Source of the DNA: Folioceros fuciformis
Lineage: Eukaryota
Direction of reading: 5' to 3'
Length of the DNA stretch: 36,004 nucleotides
Assembly (NCBI GenBank): GCA_049999805.1
Contig: JBNGIO010006317.1
Coordinates: 61,311-97,314, forward strand
The notes below the pieces were generated by a model. The model searched no databases. It saw only the letters and a program-made list of their open reading frames with translations, and was not told where the DNA came from. Shown here in pieces: positions 23,245-33,610 of the stretch (its first letter is position 1; every line of letters starts with the position of its first letter). The position numbers and the translations under genes were made by a program.

Positions 23245-24818
23245 GGCGTCAAGCCGTTTGGAGCAAATTTCCTCAACCTCGGTGGTACAAAGGCCCGGCA
23301 GCAAGACAGGTCTCTCGTAATCGGAGTAGTCTCGATAGAGTTGCAGGCGAATGCCTGCCTCGACAGCGCCAGGAGTAAAACCTCACACTATGCCCCACAG
23401 CTAGGGGAACCGCATTATGGTGGAAGTGGAGAGCAAACACACATTCTGAACATGGGGAGTGCTGTCAAGGCTTTTCAAAACTACTTTCGGGATGGCTCTT
23501 CAGCTTCCCTTGAGCTTCCGGAGAAGTCGAGTGGCGTCAGGCGTGCGTGTATATCTTGCATGATATTTCGTCGATGAGTGGAAGAAACAAGCGGATTACC
23601 TTCAAACTCCTGTAGGACATGAGGAATCTCACACCAAGATGTGGAACGCCAAAGCATCCATAGCTGGAACGGCAATTTCGCGTGTGTCGTTTCCTCTGCT
23701 CGTTCCCTAAGCCTATCTCCCCCCTGGAGACTGGAGAGGGAAGTGTGTGGAAACCATATCTGTGAGGGTCTATGCGGGAAGTTGTGATGTTTTTTGAAGC
23801 ACTTGTGCTTTCTCGTCTGCCTGACTTGGCTACCATATTGATATGGAGAGAGATCGGCTGGGAGGATGGCGGTGGCGAGCTCGAAATGGAGGGAATTGAA
23901 TCGGAATGTTTCGGCCCTCTACCTCAGGAATGGTGCTGTCAAGACCTCGTATTCTGTATTGGTAAACGCCTTCGAAAAGGAATAACAAGGGAACAACGGG
24001 CTTGCTTGTTTGTGGAGAAGCGGCAAGCTTCAGATTGATGTGGTGGTGTTCGACCCGAAGTGCAACATGGTGTTGTTGAGCCTGCATTATCTCTCGGCAA
24101 TTGCAGACGATCTCGAAAACAACAGTATGGTTTGCTTTTTCTAAGGAGGAGAAGTTCTCCATTTCAAGTCGGAGGTTGGTGCCTAAACTGGCAGACTCGT
24201 TTGTTAGTAATACAACACATCGTGAGCACCATGAGATCTTGCTGAGGAGGATTACTGTACTACCTCTTCCATTGTGCAGATCTTCCGGCCTCGATCGCAC
24301 AGTAACCTGCAGTATTTTGAGATTCGGTTGTGAGGCAGAGGAATAGAGTGCCATCGCCAGACTACCTAAGCGAGTCGTCGAGAGGGCGTGAGTAGCGGTG
24401 ATCCCTAAAGCATTACGATGCACAGCACTCCATGTAGCTGATATCCGACTCGGTGACAACAGGATAAATTATGTGCTTTCTACAGGCAACGGTAAGCATA
24501 GAGCTTTGGAGCTAGGTTCAGCTTTGAAGATTCAAAGCAGATTCATGCAGAACCAGCAGCTGTGTAAGCATGTAGGCAAACTGTGGCAGAGTGGAAAGTA
24601 CAGACCACGCTTCAGTCAAGATGGCTGATATCGGCATCAAATGTACCTGGCTTGAATGAAACATCAATGGGATATGCCTGGAAATACTCCAGATTATCTT
24701 TTGTCTGGCGGAGATATCTCGTCTCATTAAACATTCAAACAGCAGAGACTGCCCTCCAAGAATCCTTCGTGAATGTTGACAGATGCTCATCTCATTCTTC
24801 GGCTTGTCCACATTAGAT

Positions 24819-26992
24819 TCAGTGATCATAATCGAACGCCAGCCAAATCGGCGGCGGTGGCGGCCTCCATCTCTCTATAAGCTTCGCTATCGCTGCCTCT
24901 TGAGCCTTCACTTTGGTCAACGACAGACTGATGCTCCCCGGATCGCGAGACTTGGCCTCAATCATTTTCACTGCGTCTCCATTCTTCTCTCTCTTTGCAA
25001 TCAACAAAGCGGTGGAGATCGGGAATATGCTCCAGTAACCTTCCTCCCCGGCCTATCAAAACATTCAAGCAATGCTCTGAGCACGAATACATCCATCGAA
25101 ATGCCCTTGCAACCATAAGCCGACTGCACAGCAAATCTGCCCACGGCAAGAAACAACGGTTATATATGTACTCACAACGAGCGTCTTTGATTCCCCTGCC
25201 AGCAGAAGATACTCCACAACTCTTCGTTTCTGTCGTCGTATCGCCTTTTCCAACGCTTTATACGCATTGGGCAGCATAAATCCACGCTCTTCGAACCATT
25301 TACACGCCTCCGCACGCTGGTGTGCTCTGGCTGCCAGGTAAGGGGAAATACCCTCTGCGTCTGTCATCATTCCCACAACATTAGGCCATCACCGTAGTAT
25401 CACAGTCTCGCGTTCGGGTCGAGAAAATGTGACATTGAGCAGGTGATGTCACCATCGGTTTGTAAAAAGCAAGTGGGCAATGTCACAATCGGGGGCCGTA
25501 TCAAGCGAAAGGTACTATCACCCTCTAGTCCAAGAACAAGAAACCGCTGCATCACACAAATGTGCTCACCTTCACCGTCGAGTGATGCGCCGTGAAGGTG
25601 CATGTAATCAAGAAGGGTCGTGTCTCCTGCTTTCGCGGCCTCCACCATGCAAAGCCTCCCGTTGCTGTCCTCTATCTTTAGCGATCCCACGAAATTGATA
25701 GCTCTCTTCACCTCCTCCGGATCTCGGACGTCGCAGCAAGTAGTAAGCAGCGTGCCGACCCCGGTCGTCGCGTCCGCCAAAGCAAGCTCCGGGCTCGTCG
25801 GCATGTATAGGCGCATGCCTGGATGCAAGCCGTCCAGCTTGAAGAAGCTCGACCAATGATACTCCTCCACCACCACATTCCAAAGCGGATCCCAGGCCAC
25901 CGCTCCCAACTCGGGTCTCCTTGTTGAATCCCTTTCATACACTTTCACAGTCCCGTCAAACATTCCCGGCCTCGCAGGATCGCACGCGTAAAGCCCGACC
26001 ACATTGAGCGCAGCGCCAGTCTTCACCATTTCTTTGCACTTCCTGTCGATGTCTGCCGGATCATCTGACTCCGCCATCACCACAAGCGCCAGCAGCATGG
26101 GCAGATCATAGTACACCACTTCCTCCCTCCCCGGACGCAGTAGGTCGCTGTCCGCAGCCAAAGTGGCCTCGCAATCTGTGATATCCATATCCGAGTGGAA
26201 CTGCTTCCTCCTCTCCCGGTATACGTGGAGCATCCCCGGGCTGTGCACCAGCCATTTGCGCTCCACACCGAACCGCATCTGCGCGCGGCGCATCTGCAGG
26301 AGAATGTCGGCCTCCACGGTTTCCATGGTAGGCTCCAGAGGTACGCAGTCCATTACCACCAGCCGACTCTGATCCAAGGTGAGCACAATGTGCAGCTCCG
26401 GATTGTCCACCTGCAGAAATTCCACCAGCAGCGGATCGAACTTCCCTCCCTCGAACACGACCAGTTTGTTATCCCCTGATTCCACCTGCGTGCATTCTGC
26501 AGGCAGCTCCAAGGTGAAAGTCCTTCCCCGGATCTTGAAATCGAATCTCATCAGCTCCTCCGGTGTGGTGAGCTCGTCCGGAGCATCGGCTGTGGCGATT
26601 GTGCTGCTGCGGATCACTTCCCCGCTCGCCAGCGGCCACTGTTGTGCCTCGCAGATTCGTTCGTTGATCAGATCGGACGGCTGCCGGCCCTGGCCAATCC
26701 CTTCCTCGATCCCCACCGGTACCTGCGGCTCCTGGCCCTCGACGATCCCTTCCTGGAGCCGCACTGGTACGTGCGGCCGCTGCACTTCGCCCATCTCTTC
26801 CTGAATCCATCCGGGTGCCTGCGGGTCCTGGGCCATGCCGCTCCCTTTCTCGGTCAGGACCAGTTCCTCCGGCTGCTGCCCCTCGCCGCTCCCTTCCTCG
26901 GTCAGGTTCGGTACCTGCGGCTCCTGCTGGTGCTGATCCTCCAGCCCGAACCACGGCCCGAAGGGCAGGCATTGGCCGCAAACATTGCCCAT
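24819..26992 (-). CDS. Copy E: predicted 3-exon gene (26992-25570, 25360-25176, 25052-24819), ~613 aa; same architecture with a short stalk
   Basis: Start MGNVCGQCLPF; introns 25569-25361 and 25175-25053 (GT..AG); exon 2 is 185 nt as in copy D. The spliced frame is open: HGASLDGEDAEGISPYLAARAHQRAEACKWFEERG ... AGEEGYWSIFPISTALLIAKREK. Confidence 0.8.
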
Positions 26993-27600
26993 GGCGTCAA
27001 GGCAAATTGGAAGATGAAATTTCGTCGGCCTTGGCGGTACAAAGGACCGGCAGAAATACAGGTCTCTCGTAATCGAAGGGTCTCGATACAGTTGCAGGCG
27101 AATGGATGCCTCGACGCAGCCAGAAGCAAACTGCGCACTATGCCCTGTCGCCAGGGGGAACAGATTGTGGTGGAACTGGAAAGCAAACAGACATTCTGAA
27201 CATGGGGAGTGCTGTCAGGGCTTGTCAAAAGTACTTTCCGGATGTATCTTCAGCTTCTGGAGAAGTCGAGCTCCGTGGTGCATCCACGCATATCCTCCAG
27301 ACACCAGTTGAAATGAGCAATCTCACACCAAGAAGGGGAACGCCAAGGCATCCATTGCTGGAACCGCTATTTTGCGTGAGTGTCGTATCCTCTGCTCGAG
27401 CCCTAGGCCTATCCTCCCCTGGACACTGGAGAAAAATAAGACTCTTGAAACCAGCTGTGGAAGCCGTATGCGGAAACTGGCGTGGCTGCGATGTTTTTTG
27501 AAACACTTGCGCTCTCGCGTCTGCCTGACTCCGCTACGACATTGATATCGAGCGAGACTGGGAGGCTGGTGGTGGCGAGCACGGAAGGGAGGGAATTGAG
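26993..27600 (-). repeat. Upstream block duplicated with ~23245-23890 (5' UTR/promoter of the tandem unit)
   Basis: Colinear similarity, e.g. acattctgaacatggggagtgctgtca and atgttttttgaa.cacttg.gct.tc.cgtctgcctgact. Confidence 0.8.
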
Positions 27601-27769
27601 TGGGGATGTCTCGGATGAAGAAGTCTTAAGCTCATCTGTCGAATGCCACCCTTGTACGCATGAAATCTTTAAGGGACATGTGTCTCCAAATTGCATCGAT
27701 ACGCGAGTCCCAGCAGTCGACACCCCGGAGGTCACGGGAGGCACCTCTACTCCTGATCCATAGCTTCGG

Positions 27770-27940
27770 CATGTCGACCTCTGCATTCCCCATGCAACCC
27801 GTCCAGCTGAATGAATCTCCGCCGATGATATTCTTCCACTGTAACATTCCAAAACCGATCCCTGGCTTTGGCTCCCAACTCCTATCTCGTTTTTCAATCC
27901 CTTTCATCCACCTTCAGAGTCCCGTCAAACTCCCCCGACA
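27770..27940 (-). pseudogene. Remnant F of the family (C-terminal part of the Uma2-like domain)
   Basis: Translates as FDGTLKVDERD*KTR*ELGAKARDRFWNVTVEEYHRRRFIQLDGLHG. Confidence 0.8.
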
Positions 27941-28416
27941 TGTTCACTGCGTCTTTCGTGAAAATCTCAAAGAGAAAACTCTAATTTACACATGAAAATC
28001 CAAAAGGTATCGACGCTCATAAATGCGACCCGCTTTCTTGGGTTATTTTTACATAAATACCTTATCATAGAAATTAAAATTATTATACATAAATTTTCAA
28101 TATAGATTTAATTAGCTTACTATTGATAATAATTTATTAAAAAAAATTGAAAAATCTTCTAAGAGCATGTGATCTAAAAGCTTGAAGGAAATCCGAATGC
28201 CTGAAAAAAAACACAAGAGGTTGCTTGTCATGTGTTCCTCTTAGCTGAGGACGTCTCCTGTATGGAAATGCATTGCTTTCACAATAACCATGCCCACCAG
28301 AACCCTGACCAAGCACGTGATGCTCTTTATGTCCACCTTAGCTAACATTTTAGACTCTGGGTATAGCTTCATCATACTGAGCGAAGCCAATGAAGAACCT
28401 TCTAGACATGGCAAAT

Positions 28417-28516
28417 NNNNNNNNNNNNNNNNNNNNNNNNNNNNNNNNNNNNNNNNNNNNNNNNNNNNNNNNNNNNNNNNNNNNNNNNNNNNNNNNNNNN
28501 NNNNNNNNNNNNNNNN
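28417..28516. other. Assembly gap (100 N)
   Basis: Run of N. Confidence 1.
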
Positions 28517-28691
28517 GTAACATGCATTAACATGGACCAATGCATCATGTAACATGCATTAACATGGACCAATGCATCATGTAACATGCATTAACATGGA
28601 CCAATGCATCATGTAACATGCATTAACATGGACCAATGCATCATGTAACATGCATTAACATGGACCAATGCATCATGTAACATGCATTAAC
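28517..28691. repeat. 32-bp tandem repeat, ~5.4 perfect copies abutting the gap
   Basis: Unit gtaacatgcattaacatggaccaatgcatcat. Confidence 0.95.
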
Positions 28692-29693
28692 TAGACAGTA
28701 GTGTATGCTACACCTTGCTCTCTTAATAGAGCTATCCCAGCTTCTGATAGCATTTTCTCTTTATCACGGATCTTCTGAATCAGGTTAAGGTGTCCAACAT
28801 CTTCGCAGTGAAGTTCTGGTCCAATCCCGAGTTTGACGAAAGTTGTGATCCCCCCTGCTTCAGTCTCATATGAAAGAAGATTTCACATACAAGGCCAGTT
28901 AGTTGAGGAGGCATATCTTGAGAGATGTTGTTGGCTCAACTAGTAACTCTTGCAAGCACTCTACAAGAATGGAATACGAAAATCTGTTGAAACTAAAGAA
29001 TAAGATGATTCTGGACAAAGTGTAGAATCTCAAACTATCACATAAGCATCCAAATGACCAGCGAGGATCACCTTGGCAGTAGAAAAGGCTTTTCCAGTTC
29101 ATCTTCCTGCAACAATGAAAAAGTGTAGGTGATCTCAAGTCGCACCCTCACATGACTTGGAAGTAATCCATCTACATTGAAAAATTGCAGCACATGTCGC
29201 CACATCACACGAATTGAGAATTAGAGTTCATCCCTCTATTATTCAACAATCTAAGCAGATGCTAACACGTTTACATTTAAATTTATCATCACCGTCAAGT
29301 TTGACAAATGTGGGCTCACGGTCGGACCAATGCTTCTCCAATGACTATCAAAACGAGAGAAGTATCCTATAAGATGAAAGGCTGTCAGCTGAGTTCCAGA
29401 AACCGTAACACGTATGAGGAAGAAATTTGAAAGAAACAGCTCAAACACAACACTGCCTGGGCAACGCACAGGATCAACACAGTTAGCAGACACAAGCAGA
29501 GGCTATGGGTGATGGGTGACACAAGCAATAGCACCACTGGGTTAGATGGACTCAACAGTACAAGGCAATATGGTGCACAATGTGCTACATATATAGCCTT
29601 TAGGCCGGGCAACTATCGAGAAGGTAAGCCCTAGACTCGAGGGTGTAATATCCTAATATACTAGAGTAAGTAGCAGATGATAAAATCTCTAAC

Positions 29694-31048
29694 ACTCCCC
29701 CTTCAAGCTAAAGCTACTTACCAATGCCAAGATCCAAACGAAAACGAGCGAACTTTGCCCCGCTGAGCGCCTTGGTGAAGATATCCGACACCATCTCCTC
29801 GGTGCGGAGGTATAAGATATGAATCACGCCTTTGTCAACTAAATCGCGTACATAATGAAAGTGTATGGGAATGTGCTTAGTGCGAGGGTGAAAACCAGGT
29901 CGATGAGCACGAGCAATTGAGCTCGTGTTGTCAACAAAAACTTGGATAAGTTTCCCCGTGACTATGCCAATATCTGCAAGAAGTTGTTTGAACCATGAGA
30001 TGTCAGCTCCGCCAATGGATAGGGCAATGTATTCGGCCTCGGCCGAGGAGCGTGCGACAACCGATTGTTTCTTGCTGAGCCATCCGACGGCTCCTCGACA
30101 TAGCATGTAACAACATCATGTGGTAGATTGGGAATCCTTGTTGGTGCCCCAACTGGCATCAGTGTAAATCTGAAGATCTGTTGCAAAGCCATTTCCATCA
30201 TAGGTAATGCCTTGAAGATACCGTAGAATCTGCTTTGTAAGCTGCCAATAGGTTGTGGTGTAGCATCCGGAGAATTGACTGAGCGTAATCACTGCATAAC
30301 ACAGATCTGGACGGGTGCTAACCATAAGGTACATTAGGCTGCCAATGAGGGCCCAGAAGGGAACGTCCTCCGGAATAGGGTTCTTAGAAAAGTCGGTCTC
30401 AAACAAGCAAAGTTTAGGTTCCATGGGGGAACTTATGAGCTTGCAGTTGTGCATATCGAACTTTTTCAGAATACGAGAAGCAAACCTGGACTGGCTGATG
30501 TGAATCGTCCGCTTCTGTCTATCCCTGTATATATGCATACCTAGAAAGAAAGTTGCCTCTCCAAGATCACTCATCCAGAAACTCATCGCCAATTGTCGCT
30601 TAACCTCTTGGATTTCAAACAAGTTGTTCCCGAAAAGGAGAGCATCGTCCACATACAAGACGAGTACCAGGTGAACATCACCAACCTTCTTAATGTAGAC
30701 GTTCAAGTCGACGGAAGATGTTGTAAACCCCAAAAGCTTTATGGCGTTATCGCATCTCATAAACCACCGTAAGGTGGATTGCTTACCGTAAATGGACCGA
30801 AGAAGTTTGCACACCTTATCCTCCATGCCGGAAACCTCGAAACTTGGAGGTTGCTGCATATAGATTTCTTTGACTGACTCACCGTAAAGGAATGCAGTCG
30901 TAACGTCCAAATGATGTATGTGCCAGTCCTGCTTTGCCGCCACGGCAAATAAGGTTCGCAAGCTGTTCATGCGAACTACCGGGGAGAAGGTCTCCTCGTA
31001 GTCCAGCCCTTTCACTTGAGTGAAACCGCGAGCCACTAATCGGGAGTC
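29694..31048 (-). mobile_element. Ty1/copia fragment: RT-RNase H, PPT and start of the 3' LTR
   Basis: ARGFTQVKGLDYEETFSPV, YVDD, SSAEAEYIAL, FHPRTKHI; minus strand reads AAGGGGGAG-TGTTAG at ~29703-29689. The LTR continues to lower coordinates with its end undetermined. Confidence 0.92.
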
Positions 31049-31049
31049 G

Positions 31050-33242
31050 GCTAAATCAATAATGAAGGTGGCTGGCCTGTCCAGAGGCTACTGGGGAGAA
31101 GCTGCAGCAGCAGTAGTGTAACTCCGAAACCGTCTACCCACAAAGGCCTTCATGGAGCTACACCTTTTGAGGGGTGGACATCTCACAAGCCTCAAATCTC
31201 ACATCTTCGAATATTTGGTGCACCTACATATGCGCACTTATCCGAAGACCAGAGGGTGAAGCTAGATTACAAGGCTCGTAAGTATGTCTTTGTGGGGTAT
31301 ACAGAAGGCATAAAAGGGTACAAACTCTTTGACCCCATCACTCGCACTACAACCCACTGCCGCAGTGTTACCTTTCACGAGCAGCTGTTGCTAGCCTCAC
31401 TTGAGCTTATTCCAGTAGACGCAGCGTCCTCCAGCCACATAGCACCCCAACCACAAGATGAGTTCGAACAGGGCAATTTCGAGTCCCTGAGGTTGCCACC
31501 TGCACCTACACCTGCACCTCCTGCTGGTGATCCAGAGGAGGAACCGAGCTCATTCCTGTCTGACGATGAGGATGAAGCCCCAAAAGCTGAAGAACCTCAA
31601 CTGGAAGAGCAAGAACCTGAACAGGAGGTCCCTACTCAAAGTCAGCAGCCATCTGAGCCTTCTGCCCCACAGCTTCAAAGGAGCACGAGGAGACACACCT
31701 CCTCTCCATCTGAGTGGGTAAATCCACCCTTCACTGCTTCCTCTTTCTTAGTGCAAGAGGATGTTGATCCAGAAGACTTAGGCGAGCCACTCTCCTACAA
31801 GGAAGCTATTCGCTCGCCGAAGCAGCAAAGTGGATTGAGGGCATCAATTCTGAGTACAAGTCCCTAGTAGACAATGGAACATGGGAGCTTGTTGACTTAC
31901 CAGCAGGCAGAAAACCAGTCACATGCAAATGGGTTTTCAAGAGGAAGCTAAACTCTGATGGAAGTGTCTCCCATTACAAAGCAAGACTGGTTGCAAGAGG
32001 GTATAGCCAAGTGGAAGGCTTGGACTACACCGAAAAATTCTCTCCAGTTGTATGTTCCACATCAATACACTCCTTGTTTGCTATCGCAGCACAACATGAT
32101 TATGCAATGGAGCATATGGATGTGAAGACAACCTTTCTCAATGGTACCTTGGAGGAGACCATCTACATGCGCCAATCGGAGGGCTTTGAAGATCCTAGAC
32201 ACCCAAACAAAGTGTGTAAGCTCATCAAAACTATATATGGGCTTAGGCAATCACCTAGGGCATGGTATAATAGAATAGATACTTATCTAAGGAAGTCAGG
32301 GATCGTGCAAAGCGAGGCTGATTCCAATGTGTACCTGTTGAGAGAGCAAGAGGGTGTAGTGTTTCTTGCTCTCCATGTGGATGATGCAGTGTTGATTGCC
32401 AGTAGTCCCAAGCTTATGTCAAAAGTCAAGAGAATACTTACCTCAGAATTTTCAATGATTGACCTAGGCAAGCTCACATGGTTCTTGGGCATTCAAATAG
32501 TCCAGGATCTGACTACACACATTGTGGCAATCCATCAGGCACAATATATTAATCACATTCTAGCTAGATTTAGAATGGTTGATTGCAAACCTGCACCAAC
32601 ACCATTGGATGTAGGGGAGAAACTTAGCTTAGAGCAATCTCCTAAAACAGAGGAAGAAAGGATACAAATGGACAAAGTCCCGTATAGATCAGCTGTTTGC
32701 ACTTTAATCTACTGTAGAAATTGGACCCGGCTAGACTTGTCACATGCAATGGGAGTCACTCCTCAATTCTTGACATGCTATGGAGCACCCCACTAGACAG
32801 CTGTGCAGCGGATTATTCGGTATCTAAAGAGTACTCCCAGACTTAGACTAATCTATAAGAAGAGGCCAGAAGCACTCACACTTACCTGCTTCTGTGATGC
32901 TGATTGGGCTTCGGACTCAAACACTCGTAAGTCAATCTCAGCAAACTGCTTGCTTCTGGGCTCCAATGAGTATGACTCAACTGTCATCTCTTGGTACCGT
33001 AAGAAACAGCAAGTTGTTGCATTGTCCTCAACCGAGGCTGAATATGTAGCAACTACATCAGCAGCACAGGATATTGTGCATGTCAGGGAGTTACTTGCAT
33101 CACTAGGACAAGAGCAAGCTGCACCCACATTGGTACTATGTGATAATCAATCAGCTATAGCACTTGCTCAAAACCCTATAATGCATGCTAGAACTAAGCA
33201 CATAGAAATAAAGCATCATTTTATAAGACAGGTCATACTTAA
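31050..33242 (+). mobile_element. Ty1/copia fragment: integrase C-terminus, RT, RNase H (degenerate)
   Basis: [67 protein letters not shown]; truncated at ~33242. Confidence 0.93.
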
Positions 33243-33491
33243 TGATATATATATGACTCATACTTAACTTCCTTCTTCGTAAAAAGGACCTGCTGAGAAC
33301 TTTTCTAAGGTAATCAGAAGAGCGGAAGCGTAGATTAGAAAAGTGTTAATTAGTACATAGGTTAGGGGCCCTTTTATAGGGTGCCCGGACACCCCTACGT
33401 AGGGGTGTGACTGTTCGCTTGGCTAGTTATGGTTAACCTAACTCGCCTGGCTATTTGCTCTAGCGTTATGTAACTCTTACTAATCTTAACA
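33243..33491 (-). repeat. Probable 3' LTR of the right-most copia element
   Basis: Minus strand reads PPT AAGAGAGAG then TGTTAAG at 33491. It ends in CA at 33243, exactly where the plus-strand RNase H is cut. Confidence 0.7.
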
Positions 33492-33610
33492 CTCTCTCTT
33501 AAGGGTAACATAACCTAGGCTAAGACTCCCTCTGTCGAAGGGGCAACTTCCGGTCTTCGATTGCCGGTGAGGTATGAGGCAAAGTCGATTAGCCCCATAT
33601 TCTGCATGTG

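Noticed and set aside
21848-23577. Long plus-strand and alternative-frame ORFs (213-330 aa) over copy D
   Set aside because: Shadow ORFs caused by the GC-rich 48-bp coding repeat.
23830-24459. 209-aa minus-strand ORF between copies D and E
   Set aside because: No recognisable motifs, no counterpart next to other copies, and a non-ATG start.
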